Positions 1-17,479 of a DNA stretch of 64,000 nucleotides are shown here, piece by piece. The DNA lies in NCBI RefSeq assembly GCF_016026235.1, contig NZ_CP065613.1. The stretch is one strand, 5' to 3'. Each line of letters opens with the position of its first letter. The first letter of the stretch is position 1. The notes below the pieces were generated by a model. The model was given only the letters and a program-made list of their open reading frames with translations. It did no database searches and was not told the DNA's origin. Source of the DNA: Escherichia coli. Lineage in GTDB: Bacteria; Pseudomonadota; Gammaproteobacteria; Enterobacterales; Enterobacteriaceae. Position numbers and translations under genes: made by a program.

Positions 1-267
1 ATCATCTAACGCGACAAAGTAGGTTTCTGCTTTACCATCACGTTGACCCAGGATGTAGGTCTGGCAAGTACCACGAGCATGGATCATGCTCACTTCAGAC
101 GAAGGTTTACCCGCAATTTGTGCAACCTGCGCCCGGCTCATGCCTTTTTTGACGTCTTTCACCACAGGCTGTACAAACTGGTCTTTGGTACGATCATAAG
201 CCGTACAACCCGCCAGCATGGTTAATACCGCCGCTGCACTCAGAATTCCTGCCATATTCTTGTTCAT
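1..267 (-). CDS. osmE: Osmotically inducible lipoprotein OsmE, 5' portion only (3' end lies beyond the window start)
   Basis: Reverse complement of 241-267 reads ATGAACAAGAATATGGCAGGA (MNKNMAG...), followed by [12 protein letters not shown] with a lipobox; no stop codon before the window edge. Confidence 0.8.
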
Positions 268-468
268 ATTCCGTCCTCTTGTTTATCAGCGTGTTAGATA
301 AGCCTGGAATACATTGGGCGCTTTTTCAAGCCCATGAACGAAACGGCTCCGCTTTCAGAGGATTCCTGTATGACGTTTTAACCACCATTCAGCCCGCTGT
401 CGCTTGTCGTTTCAGTGGCAACGGGTTAGCTTTAAGGAAGTTTTGTCTTTTCTGTCTGGAGGGGTTCA

Positions 469-1296
469 ATGACATTGCAACAACAAATAATAAAGGCGCT
501 GGGCGCAAAACCGCAGATTAATGCCGAAGAGGAAATTCGTCGTAGTGTCGATTTTCTGAAAAGCTACCTGCGAACTTATCCGTTCATTAAATCACTGGTG
601 CTCGGGATCAGCGGCGGTCAGGACTCCACGCTTGCCGGAAAGCTGTGCCAGATGGCGATTAATGAGCTGCGCCAGGAAACCGGCAACGAATCACTGCAAT
701 TTATTGCCGTACGCCTGCCCTATGGTATTCAGGCCGACGAACAAGATTGCCAGGATGCCATTGCCTTTATTCAACCGGATCGCGTATTAACCGTTAATAT
801 CAAGGGCGCGGTATTGGCTAGCGAGCAGGCATTGCGGGAAGCAGGCATTGAACTGAGCGATTTTGTCCGTGGCAATGAAAAAGCGCGTGAGCGGATGAAA
901 GCACAATATAGCATTGCGGGTATGACCAGCGGTGTCGTGGTGGGCACCGATCATGCAGCAGAAGCCATTACCGGATTCTTCACTAAATATGGTGACGGCG
1001 GTACGGACATTAATCCGCTGTATCGTCTCAACAAACGTCAGGGTAAACAGTTACTGGCGGCATTAGGTTGCCCGGAACACCTTTATAAGAAAGCGCCAAC
1101 GGCCGATCTGGAAGATGATCGCCCTTCTCTGCCAGATGAAGTGGCACTCGGCGTGACCTATGACAATATCGACGACTATCTGGAAGGGAAAAACGTACCT
1201 GAACAGGTCGCCAGAACAATAGAGAACTGGTATCTGAAAACCGAACATAAACGCCGTCCGCCAATTACCGTTTTCGATGATTTCTGGAAAAAGTAA
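469..1296 (+). CDS. nadE: NH3-dependent NAD+ synthetase
   Basis: 275-aa ORF with SGGQDS PP-loop motif; matches NadE length and sequence from memory. Confidence 0.93.
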   Translation: MTLQQQIIKALGAKPQINAEEEIRRSVDFLKSYLRTYPFIKSLVLGISGGQDSTLAGKLCQMAINELRQETGNESLQFIAVRLPYGIQADEQDCQDAIAFIQPDRVLTVNIKGAVLASEQALREAGIELSDFVRGNEKARERMKAQYSIAGMTSGVVVGTDHAAEAITGFFTKYGDGGTDINPLYRLNKRQGKQLLAALGCPEHLYKKAPTADLEDDRPSLPDEVALGVTYDNIDDYLEGKNVPEQVARTIENWYLKTEHKRRPPITVFDDFWKK

Positions 1297-1341
1297 TAAT
1301 TTGCACCTATTGGATTGTGCGAAAAAGAGTAATTTGTTCAC

Positions 1342-1443
1342 GCCGGATGCGGCGTGAACGCCTTATTCGACCTACAAAACTATGCAAATTCAATGCATTG
1401 CAGGAGTCGAATAGGCCTGACAGGCGTAGCACGTCAGACGGTG
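1342..1443. repeat. REP-like palindromic units (BIME-type) downstream of nadE
   Basis: gccggatgcggcgtgaacgcc...cctac and a second partial unit; resembles E. coli REP consensus by eye. Confidence 0.4.
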
Positions 1444-1525
1444 TAACCTTTGTCATCAACCCGCCTCTTTTTTAATCGCTTCCCGCCTGTTACACTGGAT
1501 AGATAACCAGCATTCGGAGTCAACA

Positions 1526-3028
<1,503 letters not shown>

Positions 3029-3060
3029 TTAGTGGTGATCAGGCTTTTTTTACAACTGTT

Positions 3061-3141
3061 TGAGAAGAGAAAAGAAAACCGCCGATCCTGTCCACCGCAT
3101 TACTGCAAGGTAGTGGACAAGACCGGCGGTCTTAAGTTTTT
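3061..3141 (-). terminator. Intrinsic terminator downstream of spy
   Basis: Inverted repeat accgccgatcctgtccac / gtggacaagaccggcggt (3078-3130), flanked by a T-run on the + side and a T-rich tract on the - side. Confidence 0.6.
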
Positions 3142-3152
3142 TGGCTGAAAGA

Positions 3153-3638
3153 TTATTCAGCAGTTGCAGGCATTTTACCTTTTGCCGCTGGACGTTCTGT
3201 CAGACGCTTCTCAAAATTAGCATTAAATTGCTTTTTCTGTTCCGGCGTCAGGATGTTGTAAATTTTGTTCTGGGTTTCCATGTGCGCCAGCATGTTAGCT
3301 TTGCGCTGTTCTTCCATTTTTGCGATCTGCGCTTCAGCTTTTGCTTTATCGAAGGTATCGCTGGCAATGATGTCATGCATTGCGCGGCGTTCTTCCAGCG
3401 GCGGACGTTTCATCTGGTCACGCTGGCCTTTCATGATTTCGCGGATCTGCTGTTTCTGCGCGTCGGTCAGGTTCAGGTCTTTGAACATCATGTCCTGATG
3501 CGGACCGAACTTGCCTTTGTGGTGCATCATCGGCTTCGCGTCAGCCGGTGCTGCGGTAGTGGTGTCTGCGGCATGGGCCAGGTTAGCCGCGCCAAGAGTC
3601 AGGGTAGAGGCAACAAACAGTGCAGTTAATTTACGCAT
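3153..3638 (-). CDS. spy: Periplasmic ATP-independent chaperone Spy
   Basis: 161-aa ORF with signal peptide MRKLTALFVASTLTLGAANLAHA and LTPEQKKQF region. Confidence 0.93.
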   Translation of the reverse strand: MRKLTALFVASTLTLGAANLAHAADTTTAAPADAKPMMHHKGKFGPHQDMMFKDLNLTDAQKQQIREIMKGQRDQMKRPPLEERRAMHDIIASDTFDKAKAEAQIAKMEEQRKANMLAHMETQNKIYNILTPEQKKQFNANFEKRLTERPAAKGKMPATAE

Positions 3639-3939
3639 ATTCTATATCCTTCCTTTCAGTTATTTATTACGGCTTTCTTAAGTAGCGTGCCGTGTTGACG
3701 AGATTAACTTTACTGACTTTAGCGTCAATTAATCAGAGCAACGGTAAAACAATGAAAGTGTAAAAAACACTTTTGCGCCAATTATGGAGAAAAAAAGAAA
3801 ATTTGATGGAGAGTGATGAGCGAATATTACAACACGATGATTTTGCAGAGATTATGAAGAACTATACCGGATGACTGGTGATAAATAAAGCAAATAACCA
3901 GGATTAATCTGTATTAATTTATAAGAAAGCAACTTAATA
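3639..3939 (-). promoter_or_regulatory. spy upstream regulatory region (envelope-stress regulated in K-12)
   Basis: 301-bp AT-rich intergenic region upstream of spy; no individual binding site could be placed with confidence. Confidence 0.3.
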
Positions 3940-3962
3940 CCCGCAGAATGATTTCTGCGGGT
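3940..3962 (-). terminator. Hairpin just downstream of astE (end of ast operon)
   Basis: cccgcagaa-tgat-ttctgcggg stem-loop 6 bp after the astE stop codon. Confidence 0.45.
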
Positions 3963-3967
3963 AAGTA

Positions 3968-10031
<6,064 letters not shown>

Positions 10032-10067
10032 TTAACAATAAGTAATGTTTGCGCTGTAAATGTAGAT

Positions 10068-10084
10068 TGCAGGGTTCGTGCCAG
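10068..10084 (-). promoter_or_regulatory. Sigma-54-type promoter (-24 GG / -12 GC) upstream of astC
   Basis: Minus strand reads CTGGCAC-gaacc-CTGCA, matching TGGCAC-N5-TTGCA, about 75 bp upstream of the astC start. Confidence 0.55.
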
Positions 10085-10440
10085 CCAGTGATGAAAGTGC
10101 ATAAACCGCGGAGGCTAACTGGAAATCAAGGAGTTATAACCAAACCATATGCATTTAAAGTGCATATTAAGTGAATACGTTTGCGATGTGAGCGAATAAA
10201 AAGAATAAAAAACGCAATGTTATGCAGAAGTAAAATATAATTCTGGAATTGTGATCATTGACGAAATTTACTGGAAATTACTGCGCCATTCTGACGCAGC
10301 TCGCACCAAAAGCGGGCATTTTTTGCGCCATCGTTGACATCATTAACAACCATCGATCAAATCACTTAACAACAGGCGGTAAGCAAAGCGAAATTCTGCT
10401 ACCATCCACGCACTCTTTATCTGAATAAATGGCAGCGACT

Positions 10441-11247
10441 ATGAAATTTGTCTCTTTTAATATCAACGGCCTGCGCGCCAGGCCCCACCAGCTTAAAGCC
10501 ATCGTCGAAAAGCACCAACCGGATGTGATTGGCCTGCAGGAGACAAAAGTTCATGACGATATGTTTCCGCTCGAAGAGGTGGCGAAGCTCGGCTACAACG
10601 TGTTTTATCACGGGCAGAAAGGCCATTATGGCGTGGCGCTGCTGACCAAAGAGACGCCGATTGCCGTGCGTCGCGGCTTTCCCGGTGACGACGAAGAGGC
10701 GCAGCGGCGGATTATTATGGCGGAAATCCCCTCGCCGCTGGGCAATGTCACCGTGATCAACGGTTACTTCCCGCAGGGTGAAAGCCGCGACCATCCGATA
10801 AAATTCCCGGCAAAAGCGCAGTTTTATCAGAATCTGCAAAACTACCTGGAAACCGAACTCAAGCGTGAAAATCCGGTGCTGATTATGGGCGATATGAATA
10901 TCAGTCCTGGCGACCTGGATATTGGCATTGGCGAAGAAAACCGTAAGCGCTGGCTGCGTACCGGTAAATGCTCTTTCCTGCCGGAAGAGCGCGAATGGAT
11001 GGACAGGCTGATGAGCTGGGGGTTGGTCGATACCTTCCGCCATGCGAATCCGCAAACAGCAGATCGTTTCTCATGGTTTGATTACCGCTCAAAAGGTTTT
11101 GACGATAACCGTGGTCTGCGCATCGACCTGCTGCTCGCCAGCCAACCGCTGGCAGAATGTTGCGTAGAAACCGGCATCGACTATGAAATCCGCAGCATGG
11201 AAAAACCGTCCGATCACGCCCCCGTCTGGGCGACCTTCCGCCGCTAA
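10441..11247 (+). CDS. xthA: Exodeoxyribonuclease III
   Basis: ORF 10429-11247; start at [14 protein letters not shown] gives 268 aa. Confidence 0.93.
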   Translation: MKFVSFNINGLRARPHQLKAIVEKHQPDVIGLQETKVHDDMFPLEEVAKLGYNVFYHGQKGHYGVALLTKETPIAVRRGFPGDDEEAQRRIIMAEIPSPLGNVTVINGYFPQGESRDHPIKFPAKAQFYQNLQNYLETELKRENPVLIMGDMNISPGDLDIGIGEENRKRWLRTGKCSFLPEEREWMDRLMSWGLVDTFRHANPQTADRFSWFDYRSKGFDDNRGLRIDLLLASQPLAECCVETGIDYEIRSMEKPSDHAPVWATFRR

Positions 11248-11413
11248 TTTAGCAGCTCTCCTGGCTCAAACTGGGTCAGGAGAATTAACCTTGAGAAAAA
11301 TCAACAAACTGTCAGTAATGATTTGTTGCCTGCCGTCCTTTGTTATACCGTCTCCGCGTTTTTAGTTGTCTGACCACTTCTCTATTATCAAGTTTGATAT
11401 AGGAAACTCCACG

Positions 11414-12124
11414 ATGAACGCTGAGCGTAAATTTCTTTTTGCCTGTCTTATTTTTGCGCTGGTCATTTACGCTATCCACGCTTTCGGTTTATTCGATCTG
11501 CTCACCGATTTACCCCACTTACAGACACTCATCCGCCAGAGCGGATTGTTCGGTTATAGCCTCTATATTCTGTTATTCATCATTGCCACCCTCTTTCTGT
11601 TACCAGGAAGCATACTGGTGATCGCTGGAGGAATAGTTTTTGGCCCGCTCTTAGGAACACTACTCTCATTAATTGCCGCCACGCTGGCCTCCTCGTGCTC
11701 ATTCCTGCTGGCGCGCTGGCTGGGACGTGATTTACTGCTGAAATACGTTGGCCATAGCCATACCTTCCAGGCCATTGAAAAAGGCATCGCGCGTAACGGT
11801 ATTGATTTTCTTATTCTGACCCGCTTAATCCCGTTGTTTCCTTACAATATTCAAAATTACGCTTACGGATTAACCACCATCGCCTTCTGGCCTTATACCC
11901 TTATTTCGGCACTCACGACCCTGCCCGGTATTGTTATTTATACCGTGATGGCAAGCGATCTCGCCAATGAAGGCATTACGCTGCGCTTTATTTTACAACT
12001 CTGTCTGGCGGGCCTGGCGCTGTTTATTCTCGTCCAGCTCGCCAAACTCTACGCCCGACACAAACATGTGGATCTGTCTGCTTCGCGCCGCAACCCACTT
12101 ACTCACCCAAAAAATGAAGGATAG
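11414..12124 (+). CDS. ydjX: DedA/TVP38-family inner membrane protein
   Basis: ORF 11366-12124; internal Met MNAERKFLF gives 236 aa; multiple hydrophobic segments. Confidence 0.8.
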   Translation: MNAERKFLFACLIFALVIYAIHAFGLFDLLTDLPHLQTLIRQSGLFGYSLYILLFIIATLFLLPGSILVIAGGIVFGPLLGTLLSLIAATLASSCSFLLARWLGRDLLLKYVGHSHTFQAIEKGIARNGIDFLILTRLIPLFPYNIQNYAYGLTTIAFWPYTLISALTTLPGIVIYTVMASDLANEGITLRFILQLCLAGLALFILVQLAKLYARHKHVDLSASRRNPLTHPKNEG

Positions 12125-12128
12125 AACG

Positions 12129-12806
12129 ATGTTGCAACATTATTCAGTGTCATGGAAAAAAGGACTGACTGCACTCTGCTTACTGGCTGTTGCTGGGCTT
12201 AGCGGCTGCGATCAAAAAGAGAATACGGCGGCAAAAGTGGAATACGACGGACTTTCGAACAGCCAACCGCTGCGCGTCGATGCCAATAACCATACGGTAA
12301 CCATGCTGGTGCAAATTAATGGTCGTTTCCTCACCGACGACACTCGTCACGGTATTGTGTTTAAAGATGGCTCCAACGGACATAAATCGCTGTTTATGGG
12401 TTATGCGACCCCGAAAGCATTTTATGAAGCCCTGAAAGAGGCAGGTGGTACGCCGGGCGAAAACATGACGATGGATAATAAAGAAACGACTCATGTCACG
12501 GGCAGCAAACTGGATATTTCGGTCAACTGGCAAGGGGCGGCAAAAACGTATTCCTTCGATGAAGTGATTGTTGACAGTAATGGCAAGAAACTGGACATGC
12601 GCTTTGGCGGTAATTTAACGGCAGCAGAAGAGAAGAAAACGGGTTGCCTGGTGTGTCTGGATAGCTGCCCGGTCGGCATCGTCAGCAATGCAACATACAC
12701 TTATGGTGCGGTTGAAAAACGAGGTGAAGTTAAATTCAAAGGCAATGCCTCGGTTCTCCCGGCGGATAACACGCTGGCAACGGTTACCTTTAAAATCACC
12801 GAATAA
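12129..12806 (+). CDS. ydjY: Putative lipoprotein YdjY
   Basis: Start at MLQHYSVSW with lipobox LSGC; 225 aa. Confidence 0.78.
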   Translation: MLQHYSVSWKKGLTALCLLAVAGLSGCDQKENTAAKVEYDGLSNSQPLRVDANNHTVTMLVQINGRFLTDDTRHGIVFKDGSNGHKSLFMGYATPKAFYEALKEAGGTPGENMTMDNKETTHVTGSKLDISVNWQGAAKTYSFDEVIVDSNGKKLDMRFGGNLTAAEEKKTGCLVCLDSCPVGIVSNATYTYGAVEKRGEVKFKGNASVLPADNTLATVTFKITE

Positions 12807-12820
12807 AGCCAGGATAAAGG

Positions 12821-13528
12821 ATGATGAAGATGCAATCGCGTAAAATCTGGTACTACCGTATAACCCTCATCATCCTGTTGTTCGCTATGCTGCTGGCATG
12901 GGCGCTGCTTCCCGGCGTCCATGAGTTTATCAATCGCAGCGTTGCGGCGTTTGCCGCCGTGGACCAACAGGGTATAGAACGCTTTATTCAGTCTTACGGC
13001 GCACTGGCGGCAGTTGTCTCGTTCTTGTTGATGATTTTACAGGCCATTGCTGCACCGCTACCTGCGTTTTTGATCACCTTTGCCAATGCGTCGCTGTTTG
13101 GCGCGTTCTGGGGCGGCTTGCTGTCGTGGACCAGTTCGATGGCCGGCGCGGCACTGTGCTTTTTTATCGCCAGAGTGATGGGCCGCGAAGTGGTGGAAAA
13201 ATTAACCGGCAAAACCGTGCTTGACAGTATGGACGGCTTTTTCACTCGCTACGGCAAACACACCATCCTGGTCTGTCGGTTATTGCCTTTTGTCCCTTTC
13301 GATCCAATCAGCTATGCTGCCGGTCTGACTTCAATACGTTTTCGCTCGTTTTTTATCGCCACCGGGCTTGGTCAATTACCGGCGACTATTGTTTATTCCT
13401 GGGCGGGCAGCATGTTAACAGGCGGTACTTTCTGGTTTGTCACCGGACTGTTTATTCTGTTTGCCCTGACCGTGGTGATTTTTATGGCGAAGAAAATATG
13501 GCTTGAGCGCCAGAAGAGGAATGCCTGA
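12821..13528 (+). CDS. ydjZ: DedA/TVP38-family inner membrane protein
   Basis: 235-aa hydrophobic ORF, paralogous in appearance to ydjX. Confidence 0.8.
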   Translation: MMKMQSRKIWYYRITLIILLFAMLLAWALLPGVHEFINRSVAAFAAVDQQGIERFIQSYGALAAVVSFLLMILQAIAAPLPAFLITFANASLFGAFWGGLLSWTSSMAGAALCFFIARVMGREVVEKLTGKTVLDSMDGFFTRYGKHTILVCRLLPFVPFDPISYAAGLTSIRFRSFFIATGLGQLPATIVYSWAGSMLTGGTFWFVTGLFILFALTVVIFMAKKIWLERQKRNA

Positions 13529-14076
13529 TGGGTTTACCGCCGCTTAGCAAAATTCCTTTCATTTTACGTCCGCAGGCGTGGCTGCATCGTCGCCATTACG
13601 GCGAGGTGCTAAGCCCGATTCGCTGGTGGGGGCGGATCCCGTTTATCTTTTATTTGGTGTCAATGTTTGTTGGGTGGCTGGAGCGCAAACGCTCACCGCT
13701 CGATCCGGTAGTGCGATCGCTTGTCAGCGCGCGCATTGCGCAAATGTGCCTGTGTGAGTTTTGCGTGGATATCACCAGTATGAAAGTCGCCGAGCGTACC
13801 GGCAGCACCGATAAACTGCTGGCAGTGGCTGACTGGCGGCAAAGCCCGCTCTTTAGCGATGAAGAACGGCTGGCGCTGGAGTACGCCGAAGCCGCAAGCG
13901 TCACACCGCCAACAGTCGATGATGCCCTGCGTACCCGACTGGCTGCGCATTTTGACGCTCAGGCGCTCACCGAACTGACGGCATTGATCGGCCTGCAAAA
14001 CCTGTCGGCTCGTTTTAATTCTGCCATGGACATTCCCGCTCAGGGGCTGTGCCGTATTCCTGAAAAACGTTCTTAA
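13528..14076 (+). CDS. ynjA: AhpD-like (carboxymuconolactone decarboxylase family) protein
   Basis: 182-aa ORF with CxxC (CEFCVD); ATGA overlap with the ydjZ stop. Confidence 0.78.
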   Translation: MGLPPLSKIPFILRPQAWLHRRHYGEVLSPIRWWGRIPFIFYLVSMFVGWLERKRSPLDPVVRSLVSARIAQMCLCEFCVDITSMKVAERTGSTDKLLAVADWRQSPLFSDEERLALEYAEAASVTPPTVDDALRTRLAAHFDAQALTELTALIGLQNLSARFNSAMDIPAQGLCRIPEKRS

Positions 14077-14085
14077 GGAGAGATG

Positions 14086-15252
14086 ATGCGCCATTGTGGG
14101 TGGTTGCTGGGATTGTTATCGCTGTTTTCTTTGGCAACACATGCCAGTGACTGGCAGGAAATTAAAAATGAGGCCAAAGGGCAAACCGTCTGGTTTAACG
14201 CCTGGGGCGGCGATACCGCAATTAACCGCTATCTCGACTGGGTTAGCGGCGAGATGAAAACCCATTACGCTATAAACCTGAAGATTGTTCGTCTCGCGGA
14301 TGCCGCAGACGCGGTGAAGCGCATTCAGACCGAAGCTGCTGCCGGACGTAAAACGGGCGGCTCGGTGGATCTGCTCTGGATGAACGGCGAAAACTTCCGC
14401 ACCTTAAAAGAGGCCAATTTATTACAAACGGGCTGGGCGGAGACTCTGCCCAACTGGCGCTATGTCGACACACAGCTGCCGGTGCGGGAAGATTTTTCAG
14501 TGCCGACACAAGGTGCGGAATCGCCCTGGGGCGGCGCACAACTGACGTTTATCGCCCGCCGCGATGTTACGCCACAGCCACCACAAACGCCGCAAGCCTT
14601 ACTGGAGTTTGCTAAAGTCAATCCCGGCACGGTTACCTATCCGCGCCCACCGGACTTTACCGGCACGGCGTTTCTTGAACAGTTGCTGATTATGCTGACG
14701 CCCGATCCCGCAGCATTAAAAGAAGCGCCGGACGATGCGACTTTCGCCCGTGTCACTGCTCCCTTGTGGCAATATCTTGATGCGCTACATCCGTATTTGT
14801 GGCGCGAAGGAAAGGATTTCCCGCCTTCGCCCGCGCGGATGGATGCTCTGCTGAAAGCCGGCACATTGCGCCTGTCGCTGACCTTTAACCCCGCGCATGC
14901 GCAGCAAAAAATCGCCAGCGGCGATTTGCCGGCAAGCAGTTACAGTTTTGGCTTTCGCGAGGGGATGATTGGCAACGTGCATTTCGTCACCATTCCAGCC
15001 AACGCGAATGCCAGTGCTGCGGCGAAGGTAGTTGCCAATTTCCTGCTCTCACCCGATGCGCAACTGCGTAAAGCAGATCCCGTTGTCTGGGGCGATCCTT
15101 CTGTTCTCGATCCGCAAAAACTGCCTGACGGGCAGCGCGAAATATTGCAATCAAGAATGCCGCAGGATCTGCCGCCGGTACTGGCTGAACCGCACGCAGG
15201 ATGGGTGAATGCACTGGAACAAGAATGGTTACGCCGTTACGGTACGCATTAA
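14086..15252 (+). CDS. ynjB: ABC transporter periplasmic substrate-binding protein
   Basis: ORF 14083-15252 with N-terminal signal peptide; start taken at the second Met for 388 aa (start uncertain by one codon). Confidence 0.75.
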   Translation: MRHCGWLLGLLSLFSLATHASDWQEIKNEAKGQTVWFNAWGGDTAINRYLDWVSGEMKTHYAINLKIVRLADAADAVKRIQTEAAAGRKTGGSVDLLWMNGENFRTLKEANLLQTGWAETLPNWRYVDTQLPVREDFSVPTQGAESPWGGAQLTFIARRDVTPQPPQTPQALLEFAKVNPGTVTYPRPPDFTGTAFLEQLLIMLTPDPAALKEAPDDATFARVTAPLWQYLDALHPYLWREGKDFPPSPARMDALLKAGTLRLSLTFNPAHAQQKIASGDLPASSYSFGFREGMIGNVHFVTIPANANASAAAKVVANFLLSPDAQLRKADPVVWGDPSVLDPQKLPDGQREILQSRMPQDLPPVLAEPHAGWVNALEQEWLRRYGTH

Positions 15253-16760
15253 TCTTTTTGCTGTGGGCGATGGTGGCGGTGATTTATGCACCGCTGATCC
15301 CGGCAGCTCTCACGCTGATATCGCCTGCGTTGTCGTTGACACACTGGCAGGCGTTATTTGCCGATCCACAGTTACCGCAGGCATTACTGGCAACGCTGGT
15401 GTCGACAACCATCGCGGCGGTCGGGGCATTGTTGATTGCCCTGCTGGTGATTGTGGCGCTATGGCCTGGGCCGAAATGGCAGCGTATGTGCGCCCGTCTG
15501 CCGTGGCTGCTCGCCATTCCCCATGTGGCTTTTGCCACCAGCGCCCTGCTGCTCTTTGCTGACGGAGGGCTGCTATATGACTATTTCCCGTATTTCACTC
15601 CGCCAATGGACCGATTTGGCATCGGTCTGGGCCTCACCCTTGCAGTGAAAGAAAGCGCATTTCTGCTGTGGATCTTAGCGGCAGTATTGAGCGAAAAACG
15701 GCTGTTGCAGCAGGTCATTGTGCTGGATTCGCTGGGCTACAGCCGCTGGCAATGCCTGAACTGGCTGCTGTTGCCCTCCGTCGCGCCTTCGCTGGCAATG
15801 GCGATGCTGGCGATTGTTGCCTGGTCGCTTTCGGTCGTGGATGTGGCGATTATTCTTGGGCCAGGTAATCCACCGACGCTGGCAGTAATTAGCTGGCAGT
15901 GGTTAACTCAGGGCGACGCGGATCAACAAACGAAAGGCGCACTCGCCAGTCTGCTGCTGATGCTGTTACTCGCCGCCTACGTTTTGCTGAGCTATCTGCT
16001 ATGGCGCAGCTGGCGGCGCACTATTCCCCGCGTAGATGGCATTCGCAAGCCTGCCACACCTTTATTACCAGGCACCACGCTGGCGAGTTTTTTACCCTTG
16101 ACCGGTGTGCTGTGTGTGGTTCTGCTGGCGATCCTCGCGGATCAGTCGACGATCAATAGTGAAGCGCTCATCAACAGCCTGACAATGGGGCTGGTGGCGA
16201 CATTCATCGCTTGGCTCCTGTTACTGCTGTGGCTGGAATGGGGGCCACAGCGTCGCCAGTTGTGGCTATGGTTGCCCATTTTATTACCGGCACTGCAGCT
16301 GGTGGCGGGCCAGTACACGCTGGCGCTATGGCTGAACATGGATGGAAGCTGGACGGCGGTGGTCTGGGGGCATCTGCTGTGGGTAATGCCGTGGATGCTG
16401 TTTATCCTGCAACCCGCCTGGCAGCGCATTGATTCACGGTTAATTTTGATTGCACAAACACTGGGCTGGTCGCGGGCCAAAATCTTCTTTTACGTGAAAT
16501 GTCCGCTTATGCTACGCCCTACGCTGATTGCCTTCGCGGTGGGATTTTCAGTCAGTATTGCGCAGTATATGCCGACGCTGTGGCTGGGCGCGGGGCGTTT
16601 TCCGACGCTCACCACTGAGGCGGTGGCATTAAGCAGCGGCGGCAGCAACGGTATTCTCGCCGCCCAGGCTTTATGGCAACTGCTATTACCGCTTACTATT
16701 TTTGCCCTGACCGCGTTAGTCGCAAAATGGGTAGGTTATGTCAGACAAGGACTCCGCTAA
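15225..16760 (+). CDS. ynjC: ABC transporter permease (fused two-domain)
   Basis: ORF 15201-16760; start at MVTPLRYALIF gives 511 aa; highly hydrophobic. Overlaps the ynjB 3' end. Confidence 0.78.
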   Translation: MVTPLRYALIFLLWAMVAVIYAPLIPAALTLISPALSLTHWQALFADPQLPQALLATLVSTTIAAVGALLIALLVIVALWPGPKWQRMCARLPWLLAIPHVAFATSALLLFADGGLLYDYFPYFTPPMDRFGIGLGLTLAVKESAFLLWILAAVLSEKRLLQQVIVLDSLGYSRWQCLNWLLLPSVAPSLAMAMLAIVAWSLSVVDVAIILGPGNPPTLAVISWQWLTQGDADQQTKGALASLLLMLLLAAYVLLSYLLWRSWRRTIPRVDGIRKPATPLLPGTTLASFLPLTGVLCVVLLAILADQSTINSEALINSLTMGLVATFIAWLLLLLWLEWGPQRRQLWLWLPILLPALQLVAGQYTLALWLNMDGSWTAVVWGHLLWVMPWMLFILQPAWQRIDSRLILIAQTLGWSRAKIFFYVKCPLMLRPTLIAFAVGFSVSIAQYMPTLWLGAGRFPTLTTEAVALSSGGSNGILAAQALWQLLLPLTIFALTALVAKWVGYVRQGLR

Positions 16761-17413
16761 TGCTCTGCGTGAAAAATGTTTCGCTACGTTTACCAGAAAG
16801 CCGCTTGCTGACAAACGTTAACTTTACGGTGGATAAAGGTGACATTGTCACGTTAATGGGTCCGTCTGGCTGTGGAAAATCCACTCTGTTTTCATGGATG
16901 ATTGGTGCACTGGCTGGACAGTTTTCTTGTACAGGTGAGCTATGGCTCAATGAGCAACGGATTGACATGCTACCCACCGCACAGCGTCATATTGGCATTC
17001 TTTTCCAGGATGCACTGTTATTTGACCAGTTCAGTGTCGGGCAAAATTTACTGCTGGCGCTACCGGCGACACTTAAGGGGAATGCCCGACGTAATGCCGT
17101 GAATGATGCACTTGAGCGTTCAGGCCTTGACGGAGCTTTCCATCAGGATCCTGCCACTTTGTCTGGCGGTCAGCGAGCGCGCGTTGCTCTGCTTCGCGCC
17201 CTTCTCGCTCAGCCAAAAGCGTTGCTACTGGATGAGCCATTCAGCCGTCTTGATGTGGCTCTGCGCGATAATTTTCGCCAGTGGGTGTTCAGCGAAGTTC
17301 GCGAACTGGCGATCCCCGTCGTTCAGGTAACGCACGATCTCCAGGATGTTCCTGCTGATAGTTCTGTTCTGGATATGGCGCAGTGGTCAGAAAATTACAA
17401 CAAACTGCGATAA
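16760..17413 (+). CDS. ynjD: ABC transporter ATP-binding protein
   Basis: Walker A GPSGCGKST and signature LSGGQRARV; 217 aa from MLCVKNVSL. Confidence 0.85.
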   Translation: MLCVKNVSLRLPESRLLTNVNFTVDKGDIVTLMGPSGCGKSTLFSWMIGALAGQFSCTGELWLNEQRIDMLPTAQRHIGILFQDALLFDQFSVGQNLLLALPATLKGNARRNAVNDALERSGLDGAFHQDPATLSGGQRARVALLRALLAQPKALLLDEPFSRLDVALRDNFRQWVFSEVRELAIPVVQVTHDLQDVPADSSVLDMAQWSENYNKLR

Positions 17414-17479
17414 CGCAAAGTTTTTCTCAATGCGTCAGTTCAGAATGGCGCACTCAAAACTACAATGTCGGGATTTTCG

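Noticed and set aside
3141-3629. 162-aa ORF on the + strand, antisense to spy
   Set aside because: Lies entirely within the well-supported spy CDS on the opposite strand, has low-complexity Phe/Leu-rich composition and no recognisable start context; almost certainly a shadow ORF.
3639-3939. Specific CpxR/BaeR binding boxes upstream of spy
   Set aside because: GTAAA-like pentamers are present (for example around 3755-3780) but spacing does not cleanly match the GTAAA-N5-GTAAA consensus by eye; only the region as a whole is reported.
10417-11055. 212-aa minus-strand ORF inside xthA
   Set aside because: Antisense to a highly conserved gene; composition typical of a GC-rich reverse frame.
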